Of a DNA stretch of 64,000 bases, positions 1 through 12,172 are shown one piece after another (the first letter of the stretch is position 1; the number at the start of each line of letters is the position of its first letter). The notes below the pieces were generated by a model. It was not told the origin of the DNA. It ran no database searches and worked only from the letters and a program-made list of their open reading frames with translations. The position numbers were made by a program, and so were the translations under genes. The stretch comes from Balanoglossus misakiensis (Eukaryota > Animalia > Hemichordata). The stretch lies in NCBI GenBank assembly GCA_040954595.2, contig CM082596.2, positions 2,350,999 to 2,414,998 of the forward strand, in the 5' to 3' direction.

Positions 1-75
1 AAACAAACGAATAATAGTTCGTGACATTTTCCCGAGAACAAGTGTACTCATTTTGTTTGTACAAAATGTACTTAC

Positions 76-771
76 CACCAACCCGCTTACATGATATTTT
101 ATACTTCTGGAAGTATTTTCGTTTTCAGAATGCCTGTGTTTAAACTCTGATTTATGATACATTATTAAAATAGTACCGTACCCAAACAAACAAACGATGC
201 CAGCAATGGCCCAGGTCGAAGTTCCAGTACTGTACTCGACTCGAGTTTCAATGTCACACTGGCAAAATGGACACTGGGTCCTCACAGGTATATCACGGTA
301 GACAGGCTTTCCTATGGAAGAAGAAAAGACAAACAGGCATGTCAGATTTAATATATGATAAAAATACATGTCATCAGTTCAATGGTTGTTGTATAGGCTT
401 TGGTCAATCATTTACTAACTGGAGGTAAACTTATAGTCATATTGTTTGTACAAATAAAATGGTGGATCTTGAATACACACTTGTAGAAGAAGGTCAGTCC
501 ATGATGTCTTTGGTTGTCATGTTCTTATTAAAAATATTACATCTCGATGTCAGGATTGGCACTGACAGAGTATCAAAGGCCACCAATCGTTCCTACCTGG
601 AACTGTCACAATGGTCGTGGTCTGTTGAGGTACAGAATATGCCATTGAACCTTGAGGGGGTGGTGGTTGTTGCATCGACCCTGGGGAATAGGGTTGCGTT
701 TGAACTGGATAGTTAGGATAGGGTGCTGGTTGGCCACCTGCAGTGGGGTATACTGCTGTCTTGTCGGTCAT
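76..771 (-). CDS. LITAF/CDIP1-family protein (Pro-rich N-terminus + LITAF zinc-ribbon domain); 3' end runs off the window
   Basis: Exon 771-597 encodes Pro/Gln/Tyr-rich MTDKTAVYPTAGGQPAPYPNYP...TTTIVTVP. Exon 311-182 (AG/GT flanked, phase-compatible) encodes GKPVYRDIPVRTQCPFCQCDIETRVEYSTGTSTWAIAGIVCLFG, the first CxxC plus GxxTW hydrophobic segment of the LITAF domain. A probable 10-nt exon lies at 85-76. Confidence 0.85.
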
Positions 772-2023
772 ATTGCAGTGTTACAACTAAGGTTGCCAAT
801 CTGTTGAAATATAAAATACGTTGAAATATCTGTTACACATTCTCATGATCTAAAGCCAATAAAGCCATGTCTAGTTTATGATGCCATAAAGCACTCTCAA
901 CTCTAATGTTTGGCTATATTTTCAGTTTCGAGAAACGGCCAATATCAATGCTGATTACAACGAAGACAGTGTTGAAAACCCAAATATTGAGCAAGGGTTT
1001 GTTTTACAGAGTAGAACACGAAACCACAACTGATACCCAAAACAAAACTGCAGAGGTCCATAAATAAAAGTAATAAATACCTACAATCAACGGGTTGCAA
1101 ACAATCTTGAACTGTGAAGATTTTCTGCTCGATAGAGATGAACGTCTTGTCGGCTGTTGCAAACTAGATGTTGCGTTTGACGTTTTCTTTGGGTGGCGAC
1201 TGTTTATGAAGTCTGTCACCATAGTTACCATCCATGTTGTGATGATATGATTTACTGTTTCTCCATGGATAATATACAGGTCTGTTTATATTTGCACAAG
1301 TGTTCAGTGGCCGAGCTTGAGTCATAAGCTTTACACAGCAGTAGGTTTCCACAAATATGATTGGATGGCAAAGTGATAAAGATATTTCACAACGACCTCA
1401 TAAATTAGGTGAGTGTCATGGCATGAAATGTTACTATATTATCTGCAATAAAGTAAAGGTTTTGGACTTTGTTCCCTGAACGAAATGAAAGAGAGCTTGG
1501 TACTTAATTGATTGAAAAAAATTTGTATCATTTGAGATGTTTAACAGCTAAGCTTGAACTGTCTGCAATTCTTTTCAGTAAGACTTGTAAAAGAAGGAAA
1601 TATTCATCTTTATATGTCTAAAAGTCCAAAAATAAAACCCTTGACAACTGTTCAAAATATCAGACAAGTGATAAAGAAAGATACCTACATATTCTTGATT
1701 GAAGTGAACAATTCACAGAAACAAAAACGCACACCATGATATCAGAAGGCACTACTACATTTCTCTGCTTTGCGTGGAATGACCATGGAATAGTGAAAGA
1801 ATGGCTGGACCGACGCGACGAATGAGTCTCCACTACAATGACTCTGACACAGTTCTTTGAAGAAATATCAACTCGATACAAACATGAACAGCCTGTTGAT
1901 ATACTATGACTATTGCTCAAGTCCACTCACCGAGTGACTTTCAAAAATCACTTTCAAAAATAAATTTGTAAGTACACCTATAGAGTTATGTAGGGGCTGA
2001 CAGAGACAAAAGTTGAACAAGGC

Positions 2024-5000
2024 TTATGTAAGTACTGGTGCTTTTGGTGCATATGGAAGTTCTCGACAGACAATGCCCGACTCCATACAATCATACACCC
2101 ATTTCTCAGTAACTGTGTGGAATTTCTTGAGTCGCTTTCTGTTGAAAACGTCAATATCTTTGACTCGACTGAGGTCTCTGAAAATGAACATCAAATTTGG
2201 TGTTTCAGTCACATGACACTGATTGATTGGGAAGGTTACAACTACGTCACAGAACGTTTTTGTGTGGCACATGTCAATGATCTTCAAGAAGTTGTGTCTA
2301 CAAGTCAAATATATTTCTATTACGTCAATTAGAATCAACATCTTACCTGCTATTGCATATGACATGAGTTACGTCATCAGTCAACTTTGCCGAAATCGTT
2401 GCACCATAAAATCGCATTTCCAAACCAACTAAGTCGAGAGTACTGTCTTTGATGTGCTGAAAAATTGCAAAAAAATATTTATATTGAAACAATTTTCACT
2501 GGAATGATATAACAGTACACTCTTCTGTAAAATATTTGAAGGGGACATGCAATAACAGGTGTAAACGAAAATTATGGCCTCGAGGCAAATTATAGGAATT
2601 CAGGCAATACAATCAACAGAGCATGCAAGTGCAGTGTCAACTCACAGTTTTCGGTTGACTGACAATTTCATTGGAGTCCAAGTACACTGTACACAGTCTG
2701 AAGAGACCTAGCGGTGATTCATGTGGGAAATAATTGGTCTCAATCTCAGCTATGTCCTCTGAGGTTACTTCAGCAATATCACCCTGTGGGAACATGATGA
2801 TGTAATATGCCACATTAACAGGACACTCACTGTAACTTTGGACTATTTCATCTCAATGCCAACCGTAAGCATAAGGCCACGTTATTATGAAATACCCATG
2901 TAATCTTGGCATGAATTCTCACACTTTTTTTTCTTGACAATTTTGATTCCAAAAAACATACCTGTTCTTCCACTTTCTGAAATATCTCTCGCAGTTTTGG
3001 TACGGTGACATCTTCTGTGTAGCTGTCACCATGGGGATCATACATCAGAGCGAACTCTTCAGCTGTGGCAGGTGATAGATGCAGCATATGAGACGGTAAC
3101 CATGGTAGAAAACGACCTTTCTCCTACACAATGGGCCGAGGAGAGACAGAGAGACAGAGATTAGATTACAGCTAGAAAATGACGTCTTACAGGCGAAAAC
3201 AACAAATAGCACAGAAAGATGTATGTCTGGAAATCAATTAATTATGTCACCAGAGAAACTGATAGCTGCTGATAAGAGAGAGATCAGTACATAGTAGACA
3301 ACGAATCGACTGATCATAGGTGATCAGACATTTGGATGAATGACTTACCAAACATTCTAACAGCCAGCTAACCTTGACAACATCATACTCATTACACCTG
3401 TAAAATTCAAAAGCACCATGGGAATATCACACACATACTTGACTACATATCTAAAACTACAGCTGGGGGCCAAAACCAATTACACATAGTGGTAGTTAAA
3501 ATGAATCTATCTTACCTGATTATGTTGTTGACACGAACATTCACTTTATCAGCCAGAACACAGTAAGTGTTGGAGCCTGGGTTTTGCACCACTTCCCCAC
3601 CATGTTCTGCAATTTTCTTTTCAAGAGTCGACTTGCTGTGACCTGGTGGTCCATTGATCACATAGAGCTCTCGTCCTTCGAACATTTTGGACACCTACAT
3701 GATGAGAGACGAAGATTTGTTAACATTCAAATATGGCTGACATTATGAGAAATAGATCTGAAGATCTTTCCAGTCACTCCTGTCATCTTCCATGTATTTA
3801 CCTGTTGGACATTGGACACATCAGCTGCTCGGAAACGTGATGCAATCCCAATCACTTTCTGTGGTCTAGTCACAACCCGGGCTTTCTTCTTCTTCGGCTC
3901 ACTGGACTCTTCAAAATTCATTTGACGAGTTGTAAGCTTGCCACCACCTTGCTGGAGATACAGAAATTCATTGATATACAAAATATTAGTGACTCTCATA
4001 ACCAATGTTCTCAGTACAAGCCATTCTACTACAAAAGTACGTGTCCTGTCACATAACAAATGGTTTAGTAAAATAAAGCAATCAAAGACTGAAGAGAGAA
4101 TTCAGACTACGAACATATTTGAATTTTTGTGATGAAGTCATGGATACCATACCTCTCTGAGTTGTTCCATTTCTGCCACAGTCATACACTGATGCCACTC
4201 TTTGTCATCTCGCACCTTCTCTAATCGTGGAAACCTCAAAGTACATCCTGTCTTGAACCTGAAAAGACACAACCACTGGCTTACAATACTTACAATGAAA
4301 TATCACACACAACCACATGTGTATCAGAACATATTCAGTTTTGAACCCGGAGGAAATACTGCCATGCTGACTTCCTATATGGAAAGAGAGTCATTCTGCT
4401 CTGAAAATATAGAAATATAGAAAAACTAGTGTGAACCTGCAGGAAGAGTACTTACTGATTTGATTTTGTGATTTCTGCTGCTTTGATTTGCACAACAAAT
4501 GATTTGGATGGTTCAATCCACAAGTCTGGTTTTTCCTGGTGAAATACAAGATTGGTGACAAACAGTTATTTCATGAAGGGATGTACAACAATATGGATTT
4601 TTCTGTAACTTGTGGTGTTTTTTTAATTCATCTCATGACCGTTGAGCTCACCTTATTTCCAGATGCAAGAAGCATATGCCTTGGAGGCTTCTTCTCATCA
4701 AACTTCTTCAAGAATGGCGCCAACTTGCGATTGAAGTCATGCAGTTCTTTCAGAGTGTACCCAGATCCCACCTACAGAAAAGACATATATTTTCAGCGTT
4801 TCTTATTTTCAGATGCTAACACTACACACAAGATGTATGCCTCTGAGTATACTGGTGATTTCTTAAGCCCTTGCTACCTGGCTTATAGTAGACATACATC
4901 ACTTCCAAAGAATTTATTATTTGAGATGACTTACCCTGCAGAATGAATGGAAGAGGGAAGGTTTCTCGCCAGGTTCATCAGGACTTACTGCCAAGGCAAG

Positions 5001-8000
5001 AAGAAACTGGGACACCATGTGACGGCGACTCTGAGAAATAAACAAACAAATCAGGACTCATTCAGTAATAATAATTATGGCTAGTATAATACTCACTCTC
5101 TGTACACAACCATATTCATACTCGGTAAAACTGGAAACGTTTCAGAGACAAGTTTGCCATTTATAAACACAGAGGATAAATACTTCGAACGGGCCCTGTT
5201 GCAAAAATCACTGTGATAGGGTTACTTACTCCTTGACCATAGTATGCCCCGATTATCAGAAGATCCAGTTCATCACTCAGACCGTCGGCATATTCAGGTT
5301 TGACTTTCAACCATCCACTGCCTGAGTGTTCATAACAAATGAGAAAGAGTTGGTTATGAAAATCATGTTAATATCTGACACAAGAATAACTATCCCTATA
5401 TCCTAACAAACGTAGCCATGACAGTGAAATGATAAGCCTAAACAGACAGGTCAAGTTAAAAAGCAAGTAGAAACATGCTGATAAAGAATGTATGGGGACA
5501 GTTTACCATGAGATGGATAAATAGACTAACCTTTTCGTTTGTCAGGTCTATACGGTGCTGCAGGCTGTTTGATGACAATGCCTTCCTCTCTGCGTTCGAT
5601 AGCATCATTCAGAGCTTGAATCACATGTTCTCTGAAAAATCACAACAGTTACAAATGAGACACACCATTGGTTAGTAAATGATGGGAATTTATCACCTTT
5701 CCTTGGGCTTTACATTTCCTTACTCAGGTTAATAACATATCATTCCTGCTTACCTGGTTGAGCCATCCCATCTCTGTACTCGACATAATCTTCCTGGAGT
5801 TGGAACAAACACTCTGCATGAAGCAAGATTACATCACAATCAATGTTTTCTATATCACACCTACTTTCAAAACAATTTCCAATCTAAAGTTTCCATATGA
5901 ACAGAGATGTCTTTTCATAATGATATGAATTCTGTCACTTGAATTACTTGTTTTCTTCCAGCAATGTTAATACTGCCTTTCAAAATACTTCAGTTCTTAC
6001 CTATCCAGGTATTGTAATCTTTCATTAAGTGGACAGTTTGCCAGATTCTTGTCGTTAAACAGCAGGCAGTCAAAGACACAAAAACAAGTTTGTAGATCTG
6101 AAAAAAAAATAATCAAATGAACACATCTTCAAGACAAACATGCCATACTATAAAGAGCCAAAGATTATTGCTCACATTTTTGAATTTGAAGAGTTGTTCC
6201 ATTGCAATAAATCATTTTCATCCATCTAGAAACAGATGAATGTTGAATTCCACTTACTATCATCCTCCTTCAGTGACTTGATATCAAAGTTTTCTCCTTT
6301 TGTCCTAAAAAACCCAACACATCATAAAGCTTTGATAAAATATTCAAACCTACGATTTCTATGTTAGTTCTAATGTAATGTTACAATTTACATGAATCCA
6401 GTAAGAAACTAAATATGAATATTTATGTGAGTTATGACTCAAGGAATTTCAAAAGCGATCACTTACATGAAGCACTCAGTGTCCGGATTATATGCCACCA
6501 TTTCTCCATCTAGTATACAGCGTTTGACCTCACTGTTGGAGAAAGAACATAAACTTGCATATAAATTTTGACTTGTTTTGACACAGGTTTTCAAACTACA
6601 CACACTGTGACTGGTCCAGTGAATTACGTCAAGTGATGAATTCCTTCACATGGTCATCAGACAATAATGTTAATACTAACCTTTTGAAGGCTTTGGTTAT
6701 ATATGGCGAAAGTGAACCATCCAATGGGGTTGCTCCAAACACATGGGTGTAGTCATGTGACCTGCACAAAGAGGGAAAAGATCACAACCAAGAAACACTG
6801 TACATGGATGGATAGCATGTCAGTGGCTATGTCCAAATTTACAATGCAGATCTGGAACAGTGTATGTACTTTCTTTAGTCTGGAGTATGTATTCAATTTC
6901 ATTAGTACACCTGTCCATTTTCAGAAATTCTGGTAACAACCCACCTTCTTGAGAAGAATTTATAGTCATCACCACCTTTATGAAGTTGCATTCTCTCTCC
7001 ATCTAGCTTGGTCTCAATGTAGAAACTTTTGTGTCCCATTGTGTCTTCAACCTAAGACAAATCGGAATTGACCTAAGAAATTACTCTTGACAAACCAATA
7101 ACACACTATAATGCAACAAATATATTTTCATTGCCATCATACCATTTGCTGTAAAATGGATATTAATATACACACTATCACGGAGCTTTGACAAAAAATC
7201 TGTGGAACAATATTTTACCTCGCTGACATTATCACATTTTGAAATTCTATTCACAGAGGAAAAGACAGTTTTACCTTCTCAACATCAGCTTTTTCTCCCA
7301 ACATTGGACTGAATGGTGAGAAGAGACTGATAGCAATCTCATTCATTCTTATTTTGGGATCTCTCAGATCACTGCACACCTACAAAATTAAAATTAATGT
7401 CATGTTTATTATACATCCACAGCCTTTACAAATTGCATACTATTTTGTTGTGAGAAAGAGAACAATTACACCAATGCAAGACTTTATAAATGCTTGATAG
7501 CTCCATGTTAGAACCCTGTCAAATTACGGTAATTGGAACAAATGTGAAAACAAGTGCACCTTACCTTTGCCAAGTTGTTGGTAACATTGAAATACTCCTC
7601 ACCATCAGGGTGGAATATGCTTAAAACAGACTGTTGACTTAACCCAACTTTCAATTCCTATTAAATACAAAACAATATTTTTTCAGTCACACTGATAGCA
7701 CTTCCAGATATGAATCCCCTGAAGTATGTCATTTCAAGTTCAATTAAAATGCCACTTCTTCCTCGTACTTTCATCATTTGTTGTGATAACCATAACCATA
7801 ATTAAGCTGCGACGAAATCAAAATACCTTCATGATCATTCGAATAAGCCACTTCTGCTCTTTCGCTGTTGTGTTCCTCAGTAATCTCATCAAACATTTGT
7901 TCACCTCACTTCTCTTTTTGGCTGCATTGTTGGATGCTATGGAATCCAAGCCATCATTTATATCCTTTATAGTCAGACTGTACATAGAAATGATAAAGAC

Positions 8001-9332
8001 AAACAATCAACACAGAACAACAAAGTTATCCAACAGATGATTTTTGTCTGTCAATGAACAAAATTCAAGCCACAGATATCACATTTGGAAAAACACAACT
8101 ATCACAACAGAAGTCAACAGGTAGAAGCCTGTCTGTATGACATGTACTGTAGGTTTCACTGTATTTCTTCAACCTGTTAAATGAGGATGCTCATAAATAT
8201 CAGTTATCACTTACGTTCCTCTGTCCGGACACCTATTTTGCAGGACAAAATATGCCACACTTGCAAAGTCACCAGCTTCCTGAAAAATAAATTATCATGA
8301 GTAATTGAACAACAAATAATCATTACACGTTGAGCCATTGGAACATTTTACTTTCTATATGCCCAGCCTATGTGATTGTATGCACACATATTTATACATG
8401 TCCTGACATGATTATTTAAGTTTCTTACCTGCTTGGCTGTTGGTGCCTTGTAATTCAGCAATTTCCTTGCATCTTGGCTGTCTTTACCCAATCCTAGAAT
8501 TTCTATATACATCTTTGCAAGAGTATGCTATTGATCAAATTAAAATAAAACCATAATTAATTAATTCTCCCTTCCATTAGTATGTTGTTGGTTTCTGGTC
8601 CAACCAATTAACAACATCAAAGTCTTACTCTGAAAAGTGCAAAGAGCTTACCTCCCTAATTCCATATGCCAGCCTTTCTCTTTCTAACTGTGGTAGTAAA
8701 AGTCTCATAGCAGGATAAAAGGAATCAGTCTGAAAAAGCAAATCCATAAGTGATGATTCACTATGATTGGTTTGCTGATTCACTGTGTACATTTGTATAT
8801 GACATTCATCTAAGGTGTTGTATTGCTGAGAAAAGCATGTCTGCCAAACACCCTTAAAGTTTCACCCCACTCCCCAAACTGGGAGGAAAACCACTTTTGA
8901 TGATGGATGATGCCAACTTTGACAGTTCGGAAAACGTGTGTGTCAATATAATTGTCCGCGGAGGCGCTCCCTATTTCCATACCGCGAGTAATGTACCGTT
9001 ATCCTCGAAAATGCCCCCTCCCAACACACACACCTCCCACAAGAAAATTTGGCTCGACCCTAGGAGTGGGCGTGTCGGTCTTAGAAGTGGGCGTGGCTGT
9101 ACTGAAACTGACATGGCTGCTAAACTGACAGTGTAAGACTTACCGTATCAGGGTTGTCTTTGTGCAAATCTTCGTGTGCTTTCCTCCACTTCTCAATAAA
9201 CTCACGCAACAGTTTCTTTTTGTTGTCGCTGCCACTTTTCTTCTGCACCCTGTCAAGAAATCCGCACAACTCAACGAAAGGGATTTTCGATGCGACGGTG
9301 TCTTCCACGACGCCATCATCACTCGCACTCAT
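2024..9332 (-). CDS. LIG4: DNA ligase IV (NHEJ), about 26 coding exons
   Basis: N-terminus [26 protein letters not shown]. Adenylation motif [16 protein letters not shown] (~6980-7025). Also [19 protein letters not shown]...[14 protein letters not shown] and [20 protein letters not shown]1 ([20 protein letters not shown]), inter-BRCT XRCC4-binding linker ([11 protein letters not shown]) and BRCT2 ending [10 protein letters not shown]...; stop at 2024-2026. Confidence 0.97.
9065..9096. promoter_or_regulatory. Tandem GC/GT-box-like (Sp/KLF) motifs in LIG4 intron 1
   Basis: AGTGGGCGTG occurs twice about 20 bp apart in a CpG-containing segment next to the LIG4/MALSU1 divergent promoter. Motif match only. 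Confidence 0.3.
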
Positions 9333-9772
9333 TTTCGCCGCTGGTCTTGCAAGAAACCAATAACCACTCGGTCAAAATATGGATAATTTCGATAGATATG
9401 AGAGGCAAAACGTAACTAAACTCTCACAGACCGACGCGTTTCTTTCTGCTGTGAAAGCAACTTTTGTGTTTGCCGTTAAAGGGTATGCTCAGCAAGTACA
9501 TGAAATATTAGTAAAACGTGGGAATGATATTCGATAGAACTCGGTAATTTCAGTACTGTGAAGAGTTTCAACAAATTTGTGATTATATTTAAAACTAATC
9601 GTTTCATTTCCACTTTCGAATTATGATATATCGCAACAAATACAAACAACGTAAACAGACTCATACCCTCTTACGTTAGGTCAGAGGTTACCACACACTT
9701 GATTAGTTGCGAATGTCTGTGTTTAGGGATTATTAACCACAAAACTGTCACATCCCTGGGGTAATAACTACA

Positions 9773-11149
9773 ATGAGTGTTGCCAAGAGGACATTTAGTT
9801 TACTCCAATCTTGCAAAGTTGTTGGACAAAGTAGGAAATGTTTTTCTTGTCGTACTTGCATGCTTCCAACAACAGAATCGCAGTGTCTGAGATCTGCAAG
9901 TGTAACTCATGCACGTACTCATGCCCATTATCTGAGAGGAATACGAATAGGACACTTCAGGTCAAGGTCGTCACCGCTGCTGCCTTCTTCTTGGGCTCGT
10001 GTGAACTACTGTTTTGGGGTCAAATATGGGCATTCTGGTTCAAATATGACAGACGAAGAGAGGGATCTGCCTGAAGAGGTTGAAGAGATATTACAGTCAG
10101 ATGAAGTACAGAAAGATGAAGAGTTGAAGAAGCTTGTCAAAGAAATCGCTAAGGACTTTAACAATGAAGACGAGCAGATTGAACAAAGATCAAACGAAAC
10201 GGGAGATACCTCAACAGTAAAAGCTGAAGAGATGAGTTGGAAACTTGAACCCATTGATAAAGATGGTATGCTAGTATAAGAGGTTATATATATATAAGCT
10301 TTGATGATTGTGAATGAATATATTTCAGTTTTTGTCACACTCACAGAACAGAATAAAATTTGCCGGACAAAATCAAACTATGATTTCAAAAATTATAACT
10401 TCTGTGCTTTTATAGACAAAACCCCAGGTGGTGTGTTCAAAATAGACGAACTGGTGGAAGTGCTGCGAGAAGAAAATGCCAGAGATATCTGCGTCATAAA
10501 AGTGCCAGAAGAAAGGCAGTATGTTGATTATTTTGTCATTGTAAGCTGTAGATCAACAAGGCATCTTCAAGCAATGGCACAGTATGTCATGCAGTTGGTA
10601 AGTTTTCTGCAACAGTCAGGTTTCAATTGCTCGTGTAGAGGGTCTCATCACATTTGATAATTCAGAGGCGAGATAGAATTTTACCAGTTCTGGTGACACT
10701 TAAAATGTTGTGATGAAAAGCTGAATGCAGTATTTGTTTTTCAGTTTAAGCAGAAGAAACGCTCAGGAGATCCTTTTGTGAGACTAGAAGGCAAACACAA
10801 TGATGATTGGATGTGTATAGATTTCGGTAAGAACCACTTTATTTTTTCAATCAAGTTGTTTCCTTCCCTGAAGAAGCAAGTCAAAATGACATATTTTGAT
10901 TGGAAACTGAACATACTGGAACCATGGATAAGAATTGTTAATGAAATAATGCTCTTTTTTCCATTCACAGGTCATGTGGTTGTTCATTTTTTCCTACCGG
11001 CAGCGAGAGAAATGTACGAGTTGGAGAAGCTGTGGACTCTAGGACCAAAGTACGATGACCAGCTGAGATATTTGGCCAAGCAAGCTGCAATGATGGATAC
11101 AGACATGGAGGAGGTTTCGTTTGACGATGTTATAGACCCTCCAAGATGA
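9773..11149 (+). CDS. MALSU1: Mitochondrial assembly of ribosomal large subunit 1 (RsfS/Iojap family), 4 coding exons
   Basis: Arg/Ser-rich, acid-free N-terminus resembling a mitochondrial presequence. RsfS motifs GVFKIDELVEVLREENARDICVIKVP, YVDYFVIVSCRSTRHLQAMA and EGKHNDDWMCIDFG|HVVVHFFLPAAREMYELEKLW. Exons approx. 9773-10265, 10416-10597, 10745-10826, 10971-11149. Confidence 0.95.
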
Positions 11150-12172
11150 TGCAGAGACAATTACCAATCTTTGTCTGTCCCTACGCTGATATGATACATT
11201 TCCCTTCGTTAAGCAGCTAAATGTGTACATGTAATAAATACACATTTCCTTGCTTTGAAATGAATAAAGAAAACACATCAATGTTTTTGGATGATTTCCG
11301 ATTTTAATAGAGAAAATATCACGCCAAGGTATTCAACAATTTTTGTGCATGATTGTTGCATCACCTTTTAACATCTGACAGTTCATTGTAGCTATCATGG
11401 CAATAATCCAATATGGCTGCCTTCAAAGTAATTCTGGTAATGGAAGGACAGAAGTGTATAGCTTCAATCTGATGCCCTTTATGCACATAAAATGAGAGTT
11501 TTCTGAGTTGATTTTGAAGATTCAGCAGAATAATTAAAGATAACAGTTCAAAATGTCAAAGTGTGTTCAGTTCAATACTACACCTTACACAAGATACACC
11601 ATCTTACATCAAATAAAATGACAATTGTGGGATACAAACACTCAAGATCTGTTACAATTACCAATCTGCACAGTCGTTTGTGTATTCCAAGTGTGACTGA
11701 GTCTGAGTGAAGATTGTGTGCTCAAGAAATTACAAGTCTTACAAATTCAGCAAGAGATTATCTTGTACAGTATGCATGTAAAAACACTGATATTTCATAC
11801 TCCAAGCAGAGTTTATTGTATTCAATTACCTTTTGTATGCCATATGAAAATGAAGACTGACATGGTTCCTGCTAAAACACAGACTGCTTTTAACATCCTG
11901 AGAAAATGAGAAGTATAAATATGTGTTACAATCTGATGTGCTTGTATTGGGTGAGTAAAGGTTTCTCTATTGCTCAGTTTGTCTTGAAGGCAACAACAAA
12001 GGCATAATTCTTTTCAAAACAAAAAAATTGCAGCCCTGTTGGATGTTGAAAAATTGGCAGCCATATTGGATTAGATAGCAGCCATATTGACTAGTTTTTT
12101 GGCGGCCATGTTAGATCGGGACATATTCTTGTGGCATCGTCATTATTCATATATGCTAACATATCTGCTGCG

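Noticed and set aside
550-771. Initial impression of a PLAC8/cornifelin-like N-terminus
   Set aside because: The next spliced exon encodes a LITAF CxxC/GxxTW domain; the RNDWWPL...CQCQ in the ORF track is intron read-through.
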